Below, piece by piece: positions 26,355 through 37,813 of a stretch of 64,000 bases of DNA. Where the stretch lies: positions 36,518,001 through 36,582,000 of the forward strand of contig OZ024741.1 in assembly GCA_964016885.1 (NCBI GenBank), given 5' to 3'. Made by a program: the position numbers and the translations under genes. The notes under the pieces were generated by a model. The model worked only from the letters and a program-made list of their open reading frames with translations. It was not told where the DNA came from and ran no database searches. Source of the DNA: Eledone cirrhosa (lineage: Eukaryota). Positions within the stretch are counted from its first letter, which is position 1; each line of letters starts with the position of its first letter.

Positions 26355-26590
26355 CTACATCGTCACAGAGTTGGCTACCCACAGGTGTGAGCTTCGCGAG
26401 CTGGGGTGGCTCTTCCAGCATGTCTCCCTCACCATCCTCCGGGAAAATGTTTTCTCTTCTATCCGCCGGGGCCGCAGAGCAGCCAGTGTGTGGGCCCCCA
26501 ATCTCTCATAATAGAGAGAGCATGAGAGACAGTGACAGTGGGAGTTTGGTTCCTTTGTGTTCGGACCTGGTGTATATATAGACATTTATT
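26355..26590 (+). mobile_element. Possible 3' fragment of a CRE/RLE-type non-LTR element
   Basis: GC-rich island translating to RELGWLFQHVSLTILRENV, similar to the CRE C-terminal ExxWLFQRLSxAIQRGN pattern. Confidence 0.45.
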
Positions 26591-26734
26591 TACTGCACCA
26601 CACAGATTTCTACAAATTAAACAATACATGAGAACTTTGTTGTTGTATTATTTTATCTTGATTATATAGTTTAGCCTGAAATGTTTAATTTCTGTAACTG
26701 CACTTAAATACCAATGAATGCAGTTTACCATTGT

Positions 26735-29530
26735 TTTTGTGTCTGTTTTTCCATACTTGCATGACAAGTCTTCTTCATCATAGCATCCCTCCACTTGATT
26801 CTTTCTTCTGTCATCTCCTCTGTGAGGCTCAGCACCTTGAGTCTTCTCCACTTGATTCTTTCCTCTGTCATCTCTGTGAGGCTCAGCACTTTGAGTCTTC
26901 TCCACTTGATTCTTTCCTGTCATCTCCTCTGTGAGGCTCAGCACCTTGAGTCTTCTCCACTTGATTCTTTCCTGTCATCTCCTCTGTGAGGCTCAGCACC
27001 TTGAGTCTTCTCCACTTGATTCTTTCCTCTGTCATCTCTCTGTGAGGCTCAGCACCTTGAGTCTTTTCCACTTGATTCTTTCTTCTGTCATCTCCTCTGT
27101 GAGGCTCAGCACCTTGAGTCTTCTCCACTTGATTCTTTCCTCTGTCATCTCTGTGAGGCTCAGCACTTTGAGTCTTCTCCACTTGATTCTTTCCTCTGTC
27201 ATCTCCTCTGTGAGGCTCAGCACCTTGAGTCTTCTCCACTTGATTCTTTCCTGTCATCTCCTCTGTGAGGCTCAGCACCTTGAGTCTTCTCCACTTGATT
27301 CTTTCCTCTGTCATCTCCTCTGTGAGGCTCAGCACCTTGAGTCTTTTCCACTTGATTCTTTCTTCTGTCATCTCCTCTGTGAGGCTCAGCACCTTGAGTC
27401 TTCTCCACTTGATTCTTTCCTCTGTCATCTCTGTGAGGCTCAGCACTTTGAGTCTTCTCCACTTGATTCTTTCCTCTGTCATCTCCTCTGTGAGGCTCAG
27501 CACCTTGAGTCTTCTCCACTTGATTCTTTCCTCTGTCATCTCCTCTGTGAGGCTCAGCACTTTGAGTCTTCTCCACTTGATTCTTTCCTCTGTCATCTCC
27601 TCTGTGAGGCTCAGCACTTTGAGTCTTCTCCACTTGATTCTTTCTTCTGTCATCTCCTCTGTGAGGCTCAGCACTTTGAGTCTTCTCCACTTGATTCTTT
27701 CCTCTGTCATCTCCTCTGTGAGACTCAGCACTTTGAGTCTTCTCCACTTGATTCTTTCCTCTGTCATCTCCTCTGTGAGGCTCAGCACCTTGAGTCTTCT
27801 CCACTTGATTCTTTCCTCTGTCATCCCCTCTGTGAGGCTCAGCACCTTGAGTCTTTTCCACTTGATTCTTTCTTCTGTCATCTCCTCTGTGAGGCTCAGC
27901 ATTTTGAGTCTTCTCCACTTGATTCTTTCCTCTGTCATCTCTGTGAGGCTCAGCACCTTGAGTCTTTTCCACTTGATTCTTTCCTGTCATCTCCTCTGTG
28001 AGGCTCAGCACCTTGAGTCTTCTCCACTTGATTCTTTCCTCTGTCATCTCTCTGTGAGGCTCAGCACCTTGAGTCTTTTCCACTTGATTCTTTCTTCTGT
28101 CATCTCCTCTGTGTGGCTCAGCACCTTGAGTCTTTTCCACTTGATTCTTTCTTCTGTCATCTCCTCTGTGAGGCTCAGCACCTTGAGTCTTCTCCACTTG
28201 ATTCTTTCCTCTGTCATCTCTGTGAGGCTCAGCACTTTGAGTCTTCTCCACTTGATTCTTTCCTCTGTCATCTCCTCTGTGAGGCTCAGCACCTTGAGTC
28301 TTCTCCACTTGATTCTTTCCTGTCATCTCCTCTGTGAGGCTCAGCACCTTGAGTCTTCTCCACTTGATTCTTTCCTCTGTCATCTCCTCTGTGAGGCTCA
28401 GCACCTTGAGTCTTTTCCACTTGATTCTTTCTTCTGTCATCTCCTCTGTGAGGCTCAGCACCTTGAGTCTTCTCCACTTGATTCTTTCCTCTGTCATCTC
28501 TGTGAGGCTCAGCACTTTGAGTCTTCTCCACTTGATTCTTTCCTCTGTCATCTCCTCTGTGAGGCTCAGCACCTTGAGTCTTCTCCACTTGATTCTTTCC
28601 TCTGTCATCTCCTCTGTGAGGCTCAGCACCTTGAGTCTTCTCCACTTGATTCTTTCCTCTGTCATCCCCTCTGTGAGGCTCAGCACCTTGAGTCTTTTCC
28701 ACTTGATTCTTTCTTCTGTCATCTCCTCTGTGAGGCTCAGCACTTTGAGTCTTCTCCACTTGATTCTTTCCTCTGTCATCTCTGTGAGGCTCAGCACCTT
28801 GAGTCTTTTGCACTTGATTCTTTCCTGTCATCTCCTCTGTGAGGCTCAGCACCTTGAGTCTTCTCCACTTGATTCTTTCCTGTCATCTCCTCTGTGAGGC
28901 TCAGCACCTTGAGTCTTCTCCACTTGATTCTTTCCTGTCATCTCCTCTGTGAGGCTCAGCACCTTGAGTCTTCTCCACTTGATTCTTTCCTGTCATCTCC
29001 TCTGTGAGGCTCAGCACCTTGAGTCTTCTCCACTTGATTTTTTTCCTCTGTCATCTCCTCTGTGAGGCTCAGCACCTTGAGTCTTCTCCACTTGATTCTT
29101 TCCTCTGTCATCTCCTCTGTGAGGCTCAGCACCTTGAGTCTTCTCCACTTGATTCTTTCTTCTGTCATCTCTGTGAGGCTCAGCACCTTGAGTCTTCTCC
29201 ACTTGATTCTTTCCTCTGTCATTTCCTCTATAAGGCTCGGCACCTTGAGATCTGCTTTCACAATTTCTACATACATCCACTTTGGTCTTTTTCCATGACT
29301 TCCTTCCGCTTGGAACTCCTTGTTTTTATTCACCTAACAATCGTCATCTAGGCAGATTATGTGTCTGTACCTATTGCAATTTTCTCTCCTGCACTCTACA
29401 TTTGATTCCGTTCATATTCAGTTTTTCTCTCAAAACATCTGTGTATACTGACATTACACATTACACATCCAAAGATGTGCTTGATTCATTTCCTTTGAGC
29501 CTTCTACATTCAATGCCTATGTCACCTCCA
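26735..29530 (-). mobile_element. RTE 3' fragment hosting the 57-bp array
   Basis: On the minus strand, EGSHGKRPKW..EIVKADLKV precedes the array, and WRDAMMKKT plus the tail gcaagtatggaaaaacagac follows it. Confidence 0.75.
26789..29249. repeat. 57-bp (54/55-bp variants) tandem array, ~43 copies
   Basis: Unit ctgtgaggctcagcaccttgagtcttctccacttgattctttcctctgtcatctcct; minus strand encodes LKVLSLTEEMTEERIKWRR. Confidence 0.97.
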
Positions 29531-29962
29531 GTATAATTTATTAATAATCAAGATACATAATTGTGACAGTTCAATGAATAGAGATACTATGTGCTTTCTC
29601 AGCCTGCAAAAAATAGCAGCCAAATACCTGTTTAATCACACCCTATCTTTAAAAAGAAAAAGAAAAAACACATTGGTCAATAGAGGTTTAAATACACAAT
29701 GTCTGAATAAGATATGGGATGGTCATGGCTGGAACATGTTTAGCAGAGAAAACAGACATTAAACGACGATGGTGACAGTGATGATATACTTTATTTGTTC
29801 CAGCCTCTGCGTTCTGGGTTCAAATCCTGCCATGGACAGATTTACCTTTCATTCTTTCTTCATTGATACAATAAGGTACCAGGGTGGTGAATTGGGAGAA
29901 TAGTGTCAGATAAGATCTGGCTATTTGAATTCTAACTTCAAATCCTGCTGTGGCCTACTTGG

Positions 29963-30630
29963 ATCATCATCATCATCATCATTATCGTTTAACGTCTATC
30001 TTCCACGCTAGCATGGGTTAGACAGGAATTGTCCCACTTGAGGCAAGATTGGTCAGGTGACCGTGTCTCGCTCGTATAGGACTATCGGCAGGTTTTCTAC
30101 AGCTGGATGCCCTTCTTAACACCAACCACATTTACAGTGTGGACTGGGAGATTTTTACTGTGACACCTACACAGCCACATTACAGCGTGGACTGTGTGTT
30201 TTTTGTTGTGACGCCTACATGACCTCATTAGTTTGGACTGGATGTTGTGGTCCCAACATAACTTTACAGAGAGAGGGTGGTGTTGGTGGGAGTAGGAGAA
30301 GTGGGTTGGGGTGTATATTTGGTTAAGAGGTGCCTGCTGACTATTGGTTTCGCTTTGTACATAGGCAAGGTGGGTCTTCTGTATTACTGCGTGGCGTCAA
30401 AGATGTCGGTCCAGTGACATTGTCTTAGAGAGGTGCAAGTGTGTAAGGTCGGAATTTATGGATAGTAGACTTAATTGGTTGTCCAGTTTAACAACAGCCC
30501 CTGGCCCTTCGATACATGATTTTAGTGAAGTCCTCTCTGTTGCAAGCATTTACACCAGATCTAGCTTGAAGATACCTTCTTTCCTCCCTTCCACCAATCT
30601 CAAAAACCCTGAAAATGGCCATGGACCATT
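29963..30630 (-). mobile_element. PHD-RTE family 3' tail and ORF fragments
   Basis: (cat)n + cgtttaacgtc tail and ORF end homologous to 50680-51147; an adjacent PSGKWP-like piece lies at ~30610. Confidence 0.75.
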
Positions 30631-31116
30631 TTTGTTAAGAACATTTTATTAATGATTCTTTTCTTTCTTTTTTTTAATAAATTCTCTTAACATCATGTAA
30701 TGAATTAATAGGAAATATTTAAAAATAGGTTGGTTAATTCAAATATTTATAGTATTTTTACTATTTGCAGTAAACTTAATTTTTAACAACTTAGGCTTAC
30801 AATCAAAAGGTTGTGAATTCAATTCTCAGACCGGGTGATGTGTTGTATTCTTGAACAAGACACTTTATTTCACATTGCTCCAGTTTACTCAGCTGTAGAA
30901 ATGAGATGATAGGACTGGGGTCCCTATCATTCCACTGCAAAGTGGACGTGTAGGCGCCACGGAAAAAAGCACCCAGCACTCTCTGTAAATGAGGTTGGTG
31001 TTAGGAAGGGCATCCAGCTGTAGAAATCAAGCCAGAATCAGTTCCCGTCCCACCCTTGCAAGCAGGGAAAAGTGGACGTAAAATGATGATGATGATGATG
31101 ATTAAAAATTAAAGTA

Positions 31117-31257
31117 ATAGTACTGTTTTGTTCTTTTGATACAGTCATAGTGCTGTTTTGTACTTTTGATACAGTCATAGTGCTGTTTTGTTCTTTTGAT
31201 ACAGTCATAGTGCTGGTTTGTACTTTTGATACAGTCATTGTGCTGGTTTGTACTTTT
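31117..31257. repeat. 30-bp minisatellite, ~4.5 copies
   Basis: atagtgctgttttgt(a/t)cttttgatacagtc repeated. Confidence 0.9.
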
Positions 31258-31807
31258 CAAGAATATCTTCCTAATGTGCTTAGTTAAGAGTTAATGTCTT
31301 ATTACAATTAGACTGGCAGGGGTTGTCTGTAAAATATCAGTATGTGTTCTGCAATATTTGGAAAATCTTATAAAGATTCTGTGACAAAATGGTTTGGTTT
31401 CAGAAACATTACATTACATAACAGAGACCACATGTGTTCTACATTATAGCTGTCAGCAGGAATGCTACACTAAACCAAGAGGGTTGTTGAAATGTCCCTG
31501 AATTAATCTGTGTTACAGAATTCCTGGCCTGTTACCAACTTTTGACAAGCAAGTTACAAACAGAAGCACTGTTATATAAGCCTTAAGAGTGAAATTGGGA
31601 GACATGTTGTACAATATGTTGTCATATATCATCATCATCGTTTAACGTCTATCTTCCACGCTAGCATGGGTTTAGACGGGAATTGTCCCACTTGAGGCAA
31701 GATTGGTTGGGTGACCGTGTCTCGCTCGTATAGGACTATCTGGCAGGTTTTCTACAGCTGGATACTCTTCTTAACACCAACCACATTTACATTTATATAT
31801 ATATTTT

Positions 31808-34730
31808 AATGCTCGTGGGTAGTGATCACGAGACATGGGGCGCCATTAGTCCATTTGGTATCAGTAAAATGAACACCAACGGCCTGAGGTTGCTTGAACT
31901 CGCTCAGAACTCAACTTAACAATTTGCAACACTCTTTCCATCAGAAGCTCAAATATAAAACTACCTGGTATCATCCAAGATCCAAGCATGATTGGTTTCA
32001 TTATCACTCGTAAACAAGATCTAAGTGATGTGTGTTCAGTGTGTGTGTTGTGTAGTGCAGAATGTGGCCACTGACCACAAATTAGTGTGAGGAAAGTTCA
32101 AGATGAGTATCCGCAAAAGAATTTGTATGAGTGGAGTGAAAGCACCAAAAGGCATTGATGTCACCAAACTGAGGCAAGTAGATGTGCGTGCAGCCCTAAC
32201 TGGAAGATTTGATGGTCTTGATTTTGATGCCACGTGGGAAAATTTTAGAGATCAAGTTTACTCAGTGAGAGCTGAGGTACTTGGCTTCAGAACCAAGAAA
32301 CACCAGGACTGGTTCGATAACAATAATCCTAATATCAATCAGCTACTGAAAACCAAGCACACTCTCTATGAAAAGCTCCTGAATCAGAATCCTGTAGCAC
32401 AACCAGTTGTCAGGAAAGCCTACAAAGATCACAAGGCAACACTGCAACATGAACTGCGCAGGATGCCAAATGAGTGGTGGAGTAATATCTCTTCGGAAAT
32501 CCAACAGGCTTTTAACACCAAAGATTCGAAGTCATTTTACTCATTGATACGCCAGTAACTCCTCTGAGATCTAAGGACGATGCTAATATCATCATCAAAG
32601 AGCCATCAAAAATCCTTTAGGAGGAACATTTTACTGACCTGTTTGACAACCTATCAGTGGTTAATTTTTGAGTGATAGAGGGCCTTCCTCAATGTGAAAC
32701 AGTCCACCGTATGGATCAACTTCCCTCTGCTGATGAAATAAACCTGGCAGTTAAGCAGGTTAACTCTGGCAAGGCACCAGGTCCAGATGGTATCCCAGTC
32801 GAACTGCTGAAAGTCAGTAGTGATAATGTAACAGACGCAATAAACAACTTCATCATTGATTGCTGGAATGGGACCCCAGTTCTGCAAGACTGGATCAATG
32901 GTATTCTGTTATCATTATACAAAGGCAAAGATGGAAAATCGATATGTGGAAACTAGCATGACATCACTTTGTTGGAAGCTGTTGGCAAGGTTCTCGCAAG
33001 ACTGGAGGAGGATATCTGTCCTGTAGCTATCCCAGAATCTCAGAGTGGTTTTAGAATAGGAAGGGGAACAGTTGACATGATTTTCTCTGTAAGACAAATA
33101 CAAGAAAAATGCATTGAGCATTGTGTCCCCCTATATCAAGTCTTTGTCGACCTAATGAAAGCCTTTGACACAGTTAACAGAGATGTACTCTGGATAATAC
33201 TTGGAAAAGTGGGATGTCCACCCAAGTTTGTATGTAAATTAAAACAGCTGCACAGAAATATGAAAGCTCGGGTTACCTTCAATAGTCAACTATCTGGGAA
33301 AATCCCAATTGACAACGGGGTAAAGCAAGGTGATATTCCTGCTCTTACGCTTTTCTCCATCTTCTTTGCTGCCTTGCTCACACATGCTTTCCATGATTGT
33401 GACAAAGGCATTCTTTTACGGTTCAGAACTACTGGAAAGGTTTTCAACTTAAGAAGGTTTAATGCCAAGACAAAAACTTTTCAAGCTTTGATCAGAGAGA
33501 CCTTCTTTACATCGATGACGCTAACTTCCTAACACACACAGAAGCTGACATGCAACATTATGGACCATTTCTCATCTTCGTGTACAGCATTTGGGGTTAC
33601 AATCAACCTTAAAAAAGACCAAAGTAATGTTTACCCCTGCTCCTGGAGAACCATCTACTGAACCCAATATCATGGTTGATGGAACCAAGTTAGGAGTAGT
33701 AGATAAATTTGTCTACTTGGGTAACACACTCTCAAATGATGGCTCCTTGGATGCTAAAATACATCTGCGCATCCAGAAGGCTTCTGTTGCCTTTGCAAAA
33801 TTCGAAAAGAGAGCTTGGGCAAATCACAACATTACCAACAACACCAAGGTGTGTGTGTATAGATCATGTGTTCTGTCTGCTCTTTTATACTCAGCTGAAA
33901 CCTGGACACTATTCCGCAAACACACCAAATTGCTTGAGCTTTTTCAGCAAAAATATTTAAGGCGCATATTCAACATCAAGTGGCAAGACAGAACTCCTGA
34001 CATCCATGTCCTTATCAAAGCATTGAGTCCCAAGTAACATCTTCTCAAATGCGCTGGACAGGACATATCGTACGCATGAAAGAAAGCAGGATCCCAAAGC
34101 AACTGTTTTATGGTGAGCTCCATCTTGGAAAAAGACCTCAACACAAACCGAAAATGAGGTTCAGGGACAGCATCAAGAACAACCTCAAAGAGTTGGCATT
34201 TGATATAGACAATTGGGAGGAGATAGCTCTAAATAGCGCTGAGTGGAGAAAACGCATAATGGGCAGTAGCAAAACTATTGAAGAATATCGTCTAGAACAT
34301 AAACAACTGAAGTGTCAGCTCCGGAAGGGCTGTGTTCACAGTCTTGATAAAGTCATCAGTAGTTGGACATGCAATTTCTGTCGAATGGTTATGTTATTCA
34401 CCTGAAGTCACATGAAAGGATAACCACCTGCAACATCACTCATCAAATACCTGGCGAAACAACGTGCATGATATGCAACAAAGTGTGTAGAACAAGTTCC
34501 GGATTAAAACACATGGTGGCACATAAAGATTGTGTCCCACAGGGTGACACCACCGGTCCTGTGGAAAGCACAACTCTCTTCTGTCACCTGTGTCATAAAC
34601 CATTCAGATCTACAGCTGGCCTACAAAGTCATCTATGAAGTCATGGATGCAGATGGGAGGACAACAAAGAATCAATAAGAGACGGCAATCGTCTGTGAAG
34701 ATGCTGCAATCCTCATGTGTGTCTGTGTAT
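31808..34730 (+). mobile_element. Decayed, 5'-truncated RTE (BovB-like) LINE with C-terminal C2H2 zinc fingers
   Basis: APE tail (TTWYHPRSK), KHQDWFD, GKAPGPDGIP, PESQSGFR, FVDLMKAFD, GVKQGD, RWTGHIVRM...PKQLFYGEL; many stops and frameshifts; fingers at ~34365-34645. Confidence 0.92.
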
Positions 34731-35118
34731 CCTGCACCACCATTCACTGCTCTTTCCATGGGGCTTAATGCCCTCTGGTGATGTCCAGCAGAAGCAAGGG
34801 GGACAACCGTCTATGTATTTCAGGCTTAACTGGCCTTCGTCAGGACGGTCCCTCCCACCGCTTGCGACTGCTGGACTAGAAGACAGCTGAGAATATATAC
34901 TTTTCCCGTCTGTGTAAATGAGGTGATTAATCTCATTTGCATATGAAGCTCCATAAGTTCGCTCAACCTATAATAAAAAGGAAGGGCATCCAGCCGTAGA
35001 AAACCCGCCAGACAGTCCTATATGAGCAGGACAACCAATCTTGCCTCAAGTGGGAAAACTCCCGTCCAAACCCATGCAAGCATGGAAGATGGACGTTAAA
35101 CGATGATGATGATGATGA

Positions 35119-35407
35119 TATGTATATATGTATATATATGTATGTATATATATATATATATATGTATGTATATTTATATGTATGTATATATATATATATA
35201 TATATATGTGTATGTATGTATATATATATGTATATATATATATATGTGTATGTATATATATATTTATATGTATGTATATATATATTTGTATGTATGTATA
35301 TATATATTTATATGTATGTATATATATATTTGTATGTATGTATATATATATTTATATGTATGTATATATATATTTATATGTATGTATATATATATTTATT
35401 TGTATGT

Positions 35408-35441
<34 letters not shown>

Positions 35442-35470
35442 GTATATATATATTTATATGTATGTATATG

Positions 35471-35501
<31 letters not shown>

Positions 35502-35512
35502 ATATATATTTA
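35119..35512. repeat. (TA)n/(TATG)n compound microsatellite
   Basis: Direct reading. Similar tracts at 36108-36255, 40600-40820, 46978-47036, 53511-53618, 54970-55490, 57832-57952, 58958-59160. Confidence 0.97.
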
Positions 35513-36107
35513 TAGTTGGTGCTACTGATAACATGTATCCCAGTACAACCTGTCCCATGATCGGGTCGTTGGCAACTAAACTGGCAACCCCACCAAGGTT
35601 TCTTGGTGAGGAGGGTGACTTTGGACAACCTGCAGGACTAAAAACAAAACCTGTCAAAGGGCAAAGGAGCTCTTAAGAGTCAATGGCCATTCAAAATCAC
35701 TGGGAGAGATGACCCCTTAGCCTTTGTCAAGGCAGAATTCTAGAAGGAAAACTCTGATATAACACCTGCAACTCTGATGGTATCCAATGATGTTGACTAG
35801 TTCTTCTTTTTGGTAAATATCCTCTTGGTTAAGAGAGTGGGACTGGCTTTGTGCAGTGCCTTTGCTCACTATAAAAGCTTCACGGCACAGGCATTGCTTC
35901 ATATCTGGAGATCTCTCTGCACTTGTCACCACATGGTACCATGGGCCCAGCACTATGTGTCAATAATTGTCACAAATGTAGTGTTTGTACCAGAGTTTTC
36001 AAGTCGCTGGCTGGACTAAAAAGTCACACTTGTTCAGCGCATCGGTAGGGGTTCTCCTACATGGATATAAAGTAGTAGCCGTACTCGAAAACGAGTTGGC
36101 AGCCACC

Positions 36108-36140
<33 letters not shown>

Positions 36141-36142
36141 TT

Positions 36143-36176
<34 letters not shown>

Positions 36177-36254
36177 TATATGTATATATATTTATGTGTG
36201 TGTATATATGTATATATCTGTGTGTGTGTATGTATGTATATATATATTTGTATG

Positions 36255-36772
36255 TATCATCATCATCATCATCATCACCGTTTTACGTCCATTCTTCCAT
36301 GCTAGCATGAGTTAGACGGGTTGCCTGTTGTGGGCTGTGTCCGGTCAGCTGACCTTGTCTTGCTCATACTGGAACTGATTCTGGCTTGATTTCTACAGCT
36401 GGATGCCCTTCCTAACACCATCCTCATTTACAGTGAGTGCTGGGGGCTTTTTTCCATGGTGCCTACACATCTACTTTACAGTGGGAGGGGTGGAGGGCGT
36501 ATTGTCTATATGCTTCAGCTTTGGCTTGTACCCGTGGGAAGTCGGGTCTTCTATATTACTGCGTGACGCCTGAGATCACGGTCGTGTGTCATCGCCTTTG
36601 AGAGGTGTAGTTGGGTATGGTCGGCTTTTATCACCTCATCCCAGGTCTTCTTGGGTCTCCCCACTCCGCGTCTTCCATCGACTTCTAGTGCTCTGCGCCT
36701 TTTTATGCAGCTGTCATCCTTCATAAGCATCACATCTCCATACCAACACAACCTCGTCTCTTGCACACAGCA
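36255..36772 (-). mobile_element. 5'-truncated RTE (subfamily of 59161-60799)
   Basis: ORF end ...GRPKKTWDEVIKAD...DRDL, 3' UTR and (cat)n tail; flanked by TA tracts. Confidence 0.88.
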
Positions 36773-36782
36773 TATGTATCTA

Positions 36783-36826
<44 letters not shown>

Positions 36827-37813
36827 AAAATGTGTGAAATCCTTGGTACAGTTAGATACATTTAAAAAAAAGAAAAGAATGACTTCACTTGTTCTAAACA
36901 ATTTGATTTAATTTTATAATAATACCAAATCATAATATAAAATTAAATCAAGTCATTCTTTTCCTTTTTTTAAATATATATATATGTATGTATGAATTTA
37001 TATGTATGTGTATGTATGTATATGTATGTATTCATTTCATTTTACGTCCGCTTTTCCCTGCTTGCAAGGGTGGGACGGGAACTGATGCTGGCTTGATTTC
37101 TACAGCTGGATGCCCTTCCTAACACCAACCTCATTTACAGTGAGTGCTGGGTGCTTTTTTGCCGTGGCACTTCCACGACCACTATGAAGTGGAATGATAG
37201 GGACCCCAGTCCCTATCATCTCATTTCTACAGCTGAGTAAACTGGAGCAATGTGAAATAAAGTGTCTTGCTCAAGGAAACAACACATCACCCGGTCAGAG
37301 AATTGAACTCACAACCTTTCGATTGCAAGGCCAATGCTCTAACCACTAAGCCATGTGCCTCCATATGTGTATGTAATTATATATATATATAAGTGTATAT
37401 ATATTTATATATATATATATATATAATACAGAGTATCCGACCTCCCATGGGTACAAGCTGAAGCATATAGACAATATGCCCCCACACCCTCCACCGCAAG
37501 GTGGTCGTGGAGGTGCCACGGCAAAAAAGCACCCAGCCCACACTGTAAAGTGGACGTGTAGGCGCCACGAAAAAGCACCCAGCACTCACTGTCAATGAGG
37601 TTGGTGTTAGGAAGGGCATCCAGCTGTAGAAATCAAGCCAAATCAGTTCCTGTATGAGCAAGGCATGGTCAGCCGACCAGACACTGCCCACAACAGGACA
37701 ACCCGTCTAACCCATGCTAGCGTGGAAGAACGGACGTAAAACGGTGATGATGATGATATAAGTGTATATATATTTGTATGTATGTATATATATGTATGTG
37801 TGTATATATATGT

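Noticed and set aside
26883-29351. Long ORFs of 350-526 aa on both strands
   Set aside because: Products of a 57-bp tandem repeat, open in several frames, with frame-switching indels.
31300-31620. Non-repetitive-looking stretch as the missing SMC6 exon
   Set aside because: Plus-strand frames hit stops early and no LSGGE-like peptide or clear splice pair is present.
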